Assembly (NCBI RefSeq): GCF_000025505.1
Contig: NC_013849.1
Span: 1,710,001-1,742,000 of the forward strand
Origin: Ferroglobus placidus DSM 10642
GTDB lineage: Archaea; Halobacteriota; Archaeoglobi; Archaeoglobales; Archaeoglobaceae
Reading direction: 5' to 3'
Length of the DNA: 32,000 nucleotides
The position numbers were made by a program, and so were the translations under genes. The notes under the pieces were generated by a model. It was not told the origin of the DNA. It did no database searches and was given only the letters and a program-made list of their open reading frames with translations. Positions 9,354 to 17,507 of this stretch are shown here, in pieces (within the stretch, counting starts at the first letter, position 1; the number at the start of each line of letters is the position of its first letter).

Positions 9354-10349
9354 TCACCTCAGAGGAGTTTTCGAGATTAGCAATCTGTTGTAGGTCGGAT
9401 ATCTTTCGACGATGTAAACCTCTATTCCCTCCTTCCTGAGCTTTTCGGCATTTTCCTCTGCGAACTCCATACTTACCTCGAATCCTTCATCTGTTTCGAA
9501 GAAATCAATACCCATGGACGTTAATATTTTTCTAATTTTTTCCTTGTCTCCCTCCAAGTATCCGCAGAGAACAGTGCCTTCACTCGTGACCTTGTAAAAC
9601 TCTGGTAAGTTGAAACCCATTCTTATGAGCCTTCTTCTAAATTGAGCAATATCTTTGAATCTCACGCTGCAAAAGTGAAACTTTTTGACTTTTTCAGCGT
9701 ACTTCATAGCTATTTCCTTGCTATTTTTAGCCTCGTAAAACTCCCCTATTTCCCATCCCCTCTTTTCGAGTTCGAGGTAATTTGTCGCCGAAAATTCGAG
9801 CTCGTTAACGTTGAGAAATATATCCTCCTCGTTTACGAGCTTTACTATCTCCTCTTCATACTTTATAGCCGGAATTTCAATGCCGGTCTCAATTCCGTAC
9901 TTTTTCGCAATTCTAACGCTTTCTCTGTAGATTTCGGAGTTTTCGAGATGGGGTGGATGGAATCTGATCTCATCCAAGCCGGCTTCGGCAAGTTTTTTTA
10001 TGACCTCCTCTTTTGCCGGAACGCTCGTGTATAAATGAATGTGCAGGTCGTCAAAAGCTTCTATGACTTCCAGAACGTAGTCGAGCTTTAGCAAAGGCTC
10101 TCCTCCGGTTATCGCTATTCCTTCAGCGCTCATCGCATTTATCTCTTCGGCGATATCTTCCAAGCTTCTCACCGGTCTTTCGTTTGCGTAAACTACATCT
10201 TTTCCCTTTTTCTCCTCGCTTATCGGACAGTAATAACAGCTGCTGCGACATTTTCCCGTGACAAATAGGACGAGTTTCGCTCCTCTCCTGCAGATCTTAC
10301 AGCCTTCGCTTAGGTAGCTGTAAAAACTTCCGGCTTCGATCCTTTTCAT
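9354..10349 (-). CDS. Archaeal radical SAM protein of uncharacterised function (COG2108-like)
   Basis: 331 aa; FVTGKCRSSCYYCPISEEKKGK (CxxxCxxC) and ITGGEPLLK; N-terminal CKICRRG. Confidence 0.85.
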   Translation of the reverse strand: MKRIEAGSFYSYLSEGCKICRRGAKLVLFVTGKCRSSCYYCPISEEKKGKDVVYANERPVRSLEDIAEEINAMSAEGIAITGGEPLLKLDYVLEVIEAFDDLHIHLYTSVPAKEEVIKKLAEAGLDEIRFHPPHLENSEIYRESVRIAKKYGIETGIEIPAIKYEEEIVKLVNEEDIFLNVNELEFSATNYLELEKRGWEIGEFYEAKNSKEIAMKYAEKVKKFHFCSVRFKDIAQFRRRLIRMGFNLPEFYKVTSEGTVLCGYLEGDKEKIRKILTSMGIDFFETDEGFEVSMEFAEENAEKLRKEGIEVYIVERYPTYNRLLISKTPLR

Positions 10350-11866
10350 ACTTTTTTAAACCTCTTCTTCACCCACTCGATGCCGAGGGACTTTATGAAG
10401 TATCCTGCTCTTGGACCGTAGTTTTTGCCGAGAATCGCTTTGTATATCGCCTGAAAAGCCTTTGCTGGCTTTACGTTTAACTCCCTCGCAACCTCGTAAA
10501 CGAGCTGGTGAATTCTTTCAGGGCTCATATCTTCTTCAAGCCTCTCCGCAAAAGTTCTTAGGAATCTCCTTTCGTCTTCGCTGAATTCCACCTCTATCTC
10601 TTCCTTAATCTCAAACTTCAGGTTTTCCGGAGCGAACTTTTCGAGCCACCTCTTAGCGTATATCAGCCTTCTCTCCACGTCTCTCCTCACCGTCTCATCG
10701 ACGTGATAAGTTCTCGACAATATTTCGAGGGCTTTTTCTAAATCCCAGTTTGCTATCTGCCCAACAACAACGAGGTGTCTGAAGGAAACGTCGGAGTAAA
10801 CTACATCTCCAACTATCGAAAGCTGAACGCTCCTATCTTTTCTCCTGTAAGCATCCTCAAACTCGTCGAAAACCTCAAGAATCATCGAGGGATCGAACTC
10901 TATATGCCTTTCCGGCTTCGTTCTGATTATTATGTACCTGATTATTTCCGGAGGTAGAGCTTCTACGAGGTCCTTCACCGGCACGACTATTCCCTTCGAG
11001 CTTTTCATCGCTCCAACGCCTTTCAAATGAATCCACTCGTAAACGATAGGATAGGGTGGCTCGAAACCGTAAACTTCCCTTGCTATCCTCACTCCCGTAT
11101 CGTAGCTCCCTCCAGCAGCTGCGTGATCTTTTCCAAAGGGTTCGCAGGTTATTTTGAGGATGTCCCATCTAGCTACCCAGTCCACTCGCCAAGTAAGCTT
11201 TCCCTCCCTAAAGCTCGCGTATCCGCTGTATCCGCAGGAGCAGGAGTAGTAAGCACCTTTATCGTCGAAGCTCTTAACTTTAGCCGAGTTTATCCTTCCG
11301 CAGTTCTTGCATAGCGGATTGAAAGGACTCCAATCTTCTTCCACTTCTCTACCACTAACTTCTTTGAGAATTTCGGCAATTTTGTCCCTTTTTTCCAGAG
11401 CTATTCTAATGTGCTTCTCGTACTCTCCGGATTTGTACATTTGATCCGCTCTTTTTACGATTAAATCTATTCCCAGAACGTCTAACGACTCTAAAAAAGG
11501 TTGAAGGAAATGTTCAGCGTAATTTTCATGGCACCCTCCTTCAGGATCAGGAATCTCGCTTAAAGGCATTCCCACGTATTTCTCAAACTCTTCTGGAAGA
11601 AAGGGATACCTCCTCCTCAGAGGATCGAAAGTGTCGGCAACGTAAATTACTTCAGCCTTTCCTCCCTTTTCCTCCACAGCTCTTCTCACAGCATCAGCTA
11701 TTATTATCTCTCTCAGGTTTCCGAAATGGATGTGTCCTGAAGGAGTTATTCCGGTGGCTATTCTGTGCTTATCTCCTCTTTTGAGTAAATCTTCGGCGAT
11801 CACGTCAGCCCAGTGAGTCATCGAGGAAAAATCTGAAGTAGTTTTAAAAACGTTTCTCGTCCCCAC
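10346..11866 (-). CDS. lysS: Class I lysyl-tRNA synthetase
   Basis: 506 aa; IATGITPSGHIHFGNLREIIIADAV, EVIYVADTFDPLRRRYPFLP, zinc-binding CKNCGR...CSCGYSG, GAMKSSKG. Confidence 0.96.
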   Translation of the reverse strand: MGTRNVFKTTSDFSSMTHWADVIAEDLLKRGDKHRIATGITPSGHIHFGNLREIIIADAVRRAVEEKGGKAEVIYVADTFDPLRRRYPFLPEEFEKYVGMPLSEIPDPEGGCHENYAEHFLQPFLESLDVLGIDLIVKRADQMYKSGEYEKHIRIALEKRDKIAEILKEVSGREVEEDWSPFNPLCKNCGRINSAKVKSFDDKGAYYSCSCGYSGYASFREGKLTWRVDWVARWDILKITCEPFGKDHAAAGGSYDTGVRIAREVYGFEPPYPIVYEWIHLKGVGAMKSSKGIVVPVKDLVEALPPEIIRYIIIRTKPERHIEFDPSMILEVFDEFEDAYRRKDRSVQLSIVGDVVYSDVSFRHLVVVGQIANWDLEKALEILSRTYHVDETVRRDVERRLIYAKRWLEKFAPENLKFEIKEEIEVEFSEDERRFLRTFAERLEEDMSPERIHQLVYEVARELNVKPAKAFQAIYKAILGKNYGPRAGYFIKSLGIEWVKKRFKKV

Positions 11867-11929
11867 TCACCTCCGATTTTTCTCTCCCTTATTAAGTAGA
11901 CACTTCTGTAAACATCATCGTCGAAAGGC

Positions 11930-11937
11930 TTATACCT
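11930..11937 (+). promoter_or_regulatory. Probable archaeal TATA box (CTTATACC) of the vapB-like gene
   Basis: AAAGGCTTATACCTAC just upstream of the vapB-like ORF; about 25 nt ahead of the expected transcription start. Confidence 0.45.
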
Positions 11938-11939
11938 AC

Positions 11940-12191
11940 TTGTTGTATACAACACGGATTGTAGCGGAAACGGAAGTTATAAGCGTGAGAGTACGAAAAG
12001 GAACTAAAAAACTGCTTGAAGAAGTGGGGTTAAACGTGAGCGAAGAGGTAAGGAAATTCCTTGAAGAGCTTGTATGGAAGGTAAAGATAAAGAAAAAACT
12101 GGAAGAGTGGGAAAAAATTCTGGAAAACGTGAAACCTTCGGAAAGCGGATTTGCAGCTACCAGCGTGAGGGAAGATCGTGATAGTCGTTGA
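11940..12191 (+). CDS. vapB: VapB-type antitoxin (start codon uncertain)
   Basis: VISVRVRKGTKKLLEEVGLNVSEEVRKFLEELVWKVKIKKKLEEWEKILENVKPSESGFAATSVREDRDSR resembles archaeal VapB antitoxins, including the C-terminal SVREDRDS tail. The TTG start overlaps the palindrome, so the true start may lie downstream. Confidence 0.75.
   Translation: MLYTTRIVAETEVISVRVRKGTKKLLEEVGLNVSEEVRKFLEELVWKVKIKKKLEEWEKILENVKPSESGFAATSVREDRDSR
11941..11954. promoter_or_regulatory. Perfect 14-bp palindrome TGTTGTATACAACA, candidate autoregulatory operator
   Basis: Sequence equals its own reverse complement; located between the TATA-like element and the expected transcription start of the antitoxin gene. Confidence 0.5.
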
Positions 12192-12255
12192 CTCTTCGCT
12201 GCTGGTTAAATTCTTTTCCAAAGAAGAGGGTTTGAGTGTAAGACTGATAGAATGA
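12178..12255 (+). pseudogene. vapC: Truncated VapC (PIN domain) toxin remnant, N-terminal part only
   Basis: GTG start overlapping the end of vapB: (M/V)IVVDSSLLVKFFSKEEGLSVRLIE*. N-terminal PIN motif DSSLLVKFF is followed after about 25 codons by a stop instead of a roughly 130-aa domain. Confidence 0.75.
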
Positions 12256-12410
12256 AAAACGTAAAGCAGCAATTCAAATTCATCGGGGGTGTCCAACAAT
12301 TTAAGAAGCTCGCACTTCCACCTTAAAGCCAATTTTATACAATAAACTACCTTTCTAGCGAGAATCCTCGTTTCGTTGCTTTTTTCTCTCGATTTCGACC
12401 TCTCGCCGAA

Positions 12411-12570
12411 TTCAACGCTTAGTGCTCCGAAGTTTTTTCGGCTTCCTTCCTCTACGCTTTTCAAATCTTTCATCAATCTTCAACAATGTTAAAATCACAT
12501 GAAGGAATTTGTAAATTAGCTCGATGTCGTAGACGAGAGTATCCACCTCTTGAGCATGAAGAAATTTAAT
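12411..12570 (-). pseudogene. Possible decayed transposase N-terminal fragment
   Basis: Minus-strand frame reads ...FLHAQEVDTLVYDIELIYKFLHVILTLLKIDERFEKRRGRKPKKLRSTKR*, a basic RRGRKPK stretch seen in many transposase N-terminal regions; no intact ORF. Confidence 0.22.
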
Positions 12571-12679
12571 TTAGCAATTGTATTTTGTGATGCCATCTAA
12601 GAAAGTTGTTTTTAGACAGGTCGTCATTATGGTAATTATTAAATACTCCTAGTACTAAACTAGTTATGGGGGAATAAAA

Positions 12680-14557
12680 ATGAGTGATGGTAAGAATCTA
12701 ATTTTAGAAAGTGACAAACTATCCGACGAAAAATGGATTGTAAACTTTATAAAAGCGATGCCTGGGATTATAATTTTTGTGGGGGTAGATGGAAAAATAA
12801 AATTTGCAAATGACAATGCAGCTAGACTTGCTGGATATGACAGTGCAGAACAAATTATTGGGTTAAAACCCAAAGATGTAGCTGTTTTTAGTGAAGAATA
12901 TGCAAATATAGGAAAAAAATTTATAGAAAAAATTAAAAAAGGAGAACCAGTAAAATTAGAGACAAAACTTATTCCGAAAGTTGGCAAGGAGTTCTATGCT
13001 AGGATTGAGGTTAATCCATTTTACTCTAACGGAGAACTTGTAGGATATATTGAGTCATTCTATGATATCACCGAGCTAGTCAAGAAAAACGAATTTATCA
13101 AAAAAATATTCTTTGAGATGCCAGCCCCAGTTTATGCAATGTTCGTTGGTACTGATGGTAGAATTCGCTACGTAAATAATGAACTTGTAAGATTAACAGG
13201 ACTATCAATTGACGAGATTGTTGGAAAAAGAAGTGGAGAAATTATAAAAACACCTACAGGAAAAACACTTGCTGACAAAATTTTAAAGACTCGTAAAAGT
13301 GTTATCAACTTTGAGGGGGTTGTAAACGTAGGTGATACAATTATCCCGGCTTTAGTTTCTTGTGTACCAATATATATGGATGATGAGTTAATGGGTGCTA
13401 TGTATATATTTATAAGTATTAAAAATCTCAAAGAAAAAGAAAAAGAGATTAGAGAAATACTTGAATATATGAGAGAAAACCTTTCGAAGCTCAGTAATGC
13501 TATTAAAGAATTACAATCTGGTAACCTTGACATAAAAATTGAGAAAACTCGCGATGATGAATTCGGAAAAACGTTTGAAGCTTTCAATGAGTTTGTTAAA
13601 AAGTTAAGGGAGATTATTACGGACATTACTGCAGATATGAAAGATGTAAAAGGTGGTGTGCAGGAAATTGAAGAAGCATTATCTCAAATGAGTTCTGGAA
13701 TGGAACAAATTAGCACATCATCTCAACAGATTGCTAACGGTAGTGAAAATCTTTCAAGATTAGCCAACGAATCGATGGCACACCTTAAAAAGACCGAAAA
13801 AATATTCAGCGATTTAGTTCAAGAAGCAGTGGAATATTCTGAAGTTGCTGATGATGCAGCTAAAAATGCTAATAGAGCTGCAGAGTTGGGAGTTGTTGCC
13901 CTTCAGGCAATAGACAAAATAACCGAGGTTATGGAGTCCACTTCACGGGTTGTCGAATCTCTGGAAAAGGCTGTTAGAGATATTGGAAAGGTTACAGACA
14001 AAATTAGAACAATTGCTGATCAGACCAATTTGCTTGCTTTGAATGCTGCTATTGAAGCTGCGAGGGCTGGGGAGCATGGGAGGGGTTTTGCCGTTGTTGC
14101 GGATGAAGTAAGAAAACTTGCTGTAGAAGCCAAAAAGAGCACTGAAGAAATTAATGAAATAGTTACCAAAGTTCAAGAAGAAACTAAAAAAGTTATCGAA
14201 ACTACACAATCGGCGAAGAGTATAAGTTTAGAGAGTAGTAAAAACATTACTGAAGCTTTGAATATGGCTAGATCGATAGCACAATCTGTTAACGAATTAG
14301 CTAAAATGTTTGGAAAGTTATCAGAGGTTGCCCAAGAAGGGCTCAGAAGTCTCGAAGTTCTTACAAAGAATTTCGAAGAAGTTGCATCAACTGCTGAAGA
14401 AAATGCGGCATCTACTGAAGAAACTTCTGCAGCAATAGAAGAACAAACTGCATCGATCCAACAAGTATATAACACGATTTCCAATATTAAAAGTATTGCC
14501 GAAAGTACGTATGTAAAAATGATAGAAACTTTCAAATTTGAGAAAATAGAAAAATAG
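12680..14557 (+). CDS. Soluble methyl-accepting chemotaxis protein with two PAS-like domains
   Basis: 625 aa; PAS-like [25 protein letters not shown] and [25 protein letters not shown]; MCP hairpin tip [37 protein letters not shown]; no obvious transmembrane segment. Confidence 0.93.
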   Translation: MSDGKNLILESDKLSDEKWIVNFIKAMPGIIIFVGVDGKIKFANDNAARLAGYDSAEQIIGLKPKDVAVFSEEYANIGKKFIEKIKKGEPVKLETKLIPKVGKEFYARIEVNPFYSNGELVGYIESFYDITELVKKNEFIKKIFFEMPAPVYAMFVGTDGRIRYVNNELVRLTGLSIDEIVGKRSGEIIKTPTGKTLADKILKTRKSVINFEGVVNVGDTIIPALVSCVPIYMDDELMGAMYIFISIKNLKEKEKEIREILEYMRENLSKLSNAIKELQSGNLDIKIEKTRDDEFGKTFEAFNEFVKKLREIITDITADMKDVKGGVQEIEEALSQMSSGMEQISTSSQQIANGSENLSRLANESMAHLKKTEKIFSDLVQEAVEYSEVADDAAKNANRAAELGVVALQAIDKITEVMESTSRVVESLEKAVRDIGKVTDKIRTIADQTNLLALNAAIEAARAGEHGRGFAVVADEVRKLAVEAKKSTEEINEIVTKVQEETKKVIETTQSAKSISLESSKNITEALNMARSIAQSVNELAKMFGKLSEVAQEGLRSLEVLTKNFEEVASTAEENAASTEETSAAIEEQTASIQQVYNTISNIKSIAESTYVKMIETFKFEKIEK

Positions 14558-14768
14558 TTAATGTATTGTATAATATTATAAATATTATAGTTACTCCAAT
14601 ATTATTTTATTATTTTTTAAATTCTTTAGCTTTGTTTTACAAGACACTATATAAATAAATATATAAATAATATTGGCAAAATTCACGTTGACTGAAAAAG
14701 CTTAGGAGTACATTGCTGGAACATAAATATCGGAAAAATTCGCCTTTGATTGCCATAAACTCAACACC

Positions 14769-14779
14769 GGGGGTGTCCA
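14769..14779 (+). repeat. Second copy of the left-end motif GGGGGTGTCCA (first copy 12285..12295)
   Basis: Exact 12-nt direct repeat CGGGGGTGTCCA at 12284..12295 and 14768..14779. Confidence 0.6.
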
Positions 14780-14930
14780 GAGAGTGTCCAAAATTCTCAA
14801 ACTTTTAAGATGATTTCTAACTTCAAACAGATCAAAAATTCATCAAAAACTTGTTTGATCTTGTTTATCCGGAAATCTGATTAGCTTGAATTTTATTGAC
14901 TCCAAAAGCGTTGAATTATTGGACACGCTC
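14780..14930. repeat. MITE-like 151-bp segment with imperfect terminal inverted repeats
   Basis: Left GAGAGTGTCCAAAATTC; right end reverse complement GAGCGTGTCCAATAATTC. No coding capacity. Confidence 0.4.
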
Positions 14931-14973
14931 AATTCATCGCAAACCTTAAATAACTACCTCCTTAGCCGAATTT

Positions 14974-15126
14974 ATGGCGAGATTTCCAGAGGCTGAAGCG
15001 AGGCTATTCAACGTGAAAATCTGCATGAGGTGCAACGCAAGAAATCCGATGAAAGCGAGAACTTGCAGAAAGTGCGGATACAAAGGTTTGAGACCTAAAG
15101 CCAAAGAAAGAAAGGGTAGGAAGTAA
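14974..15126 (+). CDS. rpl40e: 50S ribosomal protein L40e (50 aa; below ORF-track length threshold)
   Basis: Manual translation: [50 protein letters not shown], with L40e-type CxxC...CxxC zinc-finger spacing. Confidence 0.96.
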   Translation: MARFPEAEARLFNVKICMRCNARNPMKARTCRKCGYKGLRPKAKERKGRK

Positions 15127-15315
15127 TCAGCTTCTCCAAATTTTGTCCAGCTCCTCGTCTTCTTTCTCGCTTATAACTCTGATTTCCATCAATCTCCATC
15201 CGAGTCTATCTTTTACTAAAGCTAAGGGCTTTCCTTTACAGCTCACAACCTGAATTTCCGCTTTGTATCTGTGACTTTTTCTGCATACCGGGCAGCTAAC
15301 TTCAACTTCTTCCAT
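15127..15315 (-). CDS. Small uncharacterised Cys-containing protein
   Basis: 62 aa MEEVEVSCPVCRKSHRYKAEIQVVSCKGKPLALVKDRLGWRLMEIRVISEKEDEELDKIWRS; abuts rpl40e and overlaps the manC-like 3' end. Confidence 0.55.
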   Translation of the reverse strand: MEEVEVSCPVCRKSHRYKAEIQVVSCKGKPLALVKDRLGWRLMEIRVISEKEDEELDKIWRS

Positions 15316-16639
15316 ACTCGTCCTCGTATCTGATTATGTCGTCTTCTTCTAAATACTCTCCTATAGATACTTCTATGACCTCCAGAGGTATCTTCCCGGG
15401 ATTTTCGAGCCTGTGCTTTACTCCAGCTGGAATGAACGTGCTTTCCCCCCTTCTTAAATAAAACTCTTTGTCTTCCACCGTAACCTTCGCTATTCCGCTC
15501 ACTATGACCCAGTTCTCGCTCCTGTGCATGTGAGCATGCAAGCTCAGCTTTTCCCCCGGCTTGACGACGAGTTTGTTTATCTTGTAAAATGTCGAACGCT
15601 CTAATGCTGTCACGCTTCCCCAAGGTTTCGCTATTGTCAAGTGCTCCTTAACTCTTCTATCCCCCCTCTCCTTCAGAATTTCCACTACCTTCTTAACCCT
15701 TTCAGCTTCACCTCTTTTGCAAACGAGCAAAACGTCTTTCGTGTCGATTATCAGATAGTCTTCGAGGTTTATTCCTGCAACGAGTCTGTCGCTAATTACC
15801 AAATTTCTCTTCGAATCTATCCCAATAAACTCACCGAGAATCGCGTTCTTGTCTTTGTCCTTCTTCATCACTTCGTAGAGCGAGTCGTAGCTGCCGAGGT
15901 CGCTCCAGAAAATGTCGACAGGAACTACGGCAGCTTTGTCAGTCTTCTCCATCACCGCATAGTCTACGCTTATGTTTTCGCAAGCTTCGTATCCGTCTTT
16001 TACGCTCCTCTTAAAAGCCTCTACGATCCCGGGGTAAAGCCTTTCTACTTCCTCCAAGAAGAGCTCGGCGTCGAACATGAACATTCCGCTGTTCCAGTAG
16101 TAACCCGAGTTTACGTATTCCTTAGCTTTCTCAAAATCCGGCTTTTCTATGAATCGCTCGACTTTATAAATTCCATCTCCAATGCTTTCTCCGGGTTTTA
16201 TGTATCCGTAGCCGGTGTGAGGCTTGTTCGGCTTTATCCCGAAGGTAATGAGGTATTCTCTTGCGAAGTTCTTTGCCATTCTAAAGTAGCTGTACAAATC
16301 CCCTTCGACGTAGTGATCTGAAGGAAGAACGAGCATCGTCCCCTCCTCAATCTCTAAAGCTCCGTAAACTATTGCCGGAAAAGTGTTTTTTCCTTCCGGC
16401 TCTACTAAAATGTTGCAGTCAGCGTTTATTTCGTTCAGCTGCTCGCTTATAATAAATTTGAACTCCTCTCCGGAGATTATGTAGATGTTACTCTCATCTG
16501 CAAACTCAAGAGCTCTTTCCACGGTGAGCTGAAGAAGTGATTTGTTGTTCCAGATTTTCAAAAACTGCTTGGGAAAGTTTTCTCTGCTAAGAGGAAAGAG
16601 TCTCGTCCCCTTTCCTCCGGCGAGTATTAAAACCCTCAT
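15302..16639 (-). CDS. manC: Mannose-1-phosphate guanylyltransferase / mannose-6-phosphate isomerase (bifunctional ManC-like)
   Basis: MRVLILAGGKGTRLFPLSRENFPKQFLKI (start reassigned from 16681 to the ATG at 16639); C-terminal cupin RPWG-like KPWGSVTALE...KPGEKLSLHAHMHRSENWVIVSG. Confidence 0.92.
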   Translation of the reverse strand: MRVLILAGGKGTRLFPLSRENFPKQFLKIWNNKSLLQLTVERALEFADESNIYIISGEEFKFIISEQLNEINADCNILVEPEGKNTFPAIVYGALEIEEGTMLVLPSDHYVEGDLYSYFRMAKNFAREYLITFGIKPNKPHTGYGYIKPGESIGDGIYKVERFIEKPDFEKAKEYVNSGYYWNSGMFMFDAELFLEEVERLYPGIVEAFKRSVKDGYEACENISVDYAVMEKTDKAAVVPVDIFWSDLGSYDSLYEVMKKDKDKNAILGEFIGIDSKRNLVISDRLVAGINLEDYLIIDTKDVLLVCKRGEAERVKKVVEILKERGDRRVKEHLTIAKPWGSVTALERSTFYKINKLVVKPGEKLSLHAHMHRSENWVIVSGIAKVTVEDKEFYLRRGESTFIPAGVKHRLENPGKIPLEVIEVSIGEYLEEDDIIRYEDEYGRS

Positions 16640-16811
16640 AGATATTAGTGAATCTCGAAAACTTAAAACGCTTCCGACCAAAATTTTAAAGAAAATTTTA
16701 TAAACTAAATTTGAATATAATATTTTAATCGGTTTTAGATAAATTCACGTGATTTTATGATTATGCTCTTTAGCAAAGCTTAAATATTAAATACGAGATT
16801 AGTCATGTAAT

Positions 16812-17507
16812 ATGAGAACAGACCTCTCATCCATGATTAGAAAGAGGAAGGAAGAAAAGCTTAATCCGGTTGTGGCGGAGATTAAGGTTCACTCGCCAAA
16901 GTTCGGGGATTTGCTCGGAAAGAGAGATCCGATAGAAATTCTGAAAACTTACGAAAGTTGCAGAGTTGCTGGAATATCTTACATAACCGAAAGAAAACAC
17001 TTCAAAGGCGATTTCGAGCTTTTCAAAAGAATTTGTAAGCTTTCACACCTTCCGGTTTTAAGGAAGGACTTCGTAACGAGTAAAGTCGAAATAGAAAGGA
17101 CTGCCGAAGCTGAAGCTGATGCCGTTCTGCTTATAGCGAGAATTCTCAAGGACAAAACTGCTGAATTTGTCGATTTCGCTTTAGAACACGGATTGGAGAG
17201 TGTTGTTGAAGTTCACAGCGAAAAAGAAGTTGAGTTTGCCGTCGAAACGAATACTCCGATTATCGGCATAAACAACAGGGACATTTCTAAGCTGGAAAAG
17301 GATGGTGGGAGTGTCGAAGTGACTAAAAAGCTCGCCAAACTAATTCCGAGGAGGTTCGTAAGGATTAGCGAGAGCGGAATAGCGAACTTAAATGATTTGA
17401 AGATAGCTCTAAGCTACGCAGATGCCGCTTTAGTAGGCACGGCTTTCATGAAAGCAGATAGGGTTGAGGACGTTGTAAGGTCTTTTGTGGAGGCTAAGTT
17501 ATGTTGA
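16812..17507 (+). CDS. trpC: Indole-3-glycerol-phosphate synthase
   Basis: AEIKVHSPKFGDL, LPVLRKDFV, IIGINNRDI, VRISESGI, VGTAFMKA motifs. Confidence 0.95.
   Translation: MRTDLSSMIRKRKEEKLNPVVAEIKVHSPKFGDLLGKRDPIEILKTYESCRVAGISYITERKHFKGDFELFKRICKLSHLPVLRKDFVTSKVEIERTAEAEADAVLLIARILKDKTAEFVDFALEHGLESVVEVHSEKEVEFAVETNTPIIGINNRDISKLEKDGGSVEVTKKLAKLIPRRFVRISESGIANLNDLKIALSYADAALVGTAFMKADRVEDVVRSFVEAKLC

Larger units (their letters stand above)
12285..14930. mobile_element. Putative degenerate transposon-like unit carrying an MCP gene
   Basis: Left end GGGGGTGTCCAACAATTTAA (12285-) versus reverse complement of right end GAGCGTGTCCAATAATTCAA (ending 14930): 16/20 identities. Flanked by exact direct repeat AATTCATC (12277-12284 and 14931-14938), extendable to AATTCATCG in both flanks. 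Interior is visibly AT-richer than flanking genes. Confidence 0.45.

Noticed and set aside
12277-12285. AATTCATCG direct repeat as pure chance
   Set aside because: Considered because the region is AT-rich. Retained as a candidate duplication because it sits exactly at both inverted-repeat boundaries, but confidence is kept moderate.
12030-12476. 148-aa minus-strand ORF across vapB and the island's left end
   Set aside because: It reads through the vapB antisense strand and through the terminal repeat (LLDTPDEF), so it is probably fortuitous; at most it overlaps decayed transposase sequence.
14563-14650. AT-rich near-palindrome GTAATATTATAAATATTATAGTTAC and T-runs after the MCP gene
   Set aside because: Likely an ordinary transcription termination region with low complexity; not strong enough to call a distinct feature.
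14780-14930. Part of a CRISPR array or structured ncRNA
   Set aside because: No regularly spaced repeats; the internal partial complementarity (AACAGATCAAA/TTTGATCTTGTT) is too weak to claim an RNA.
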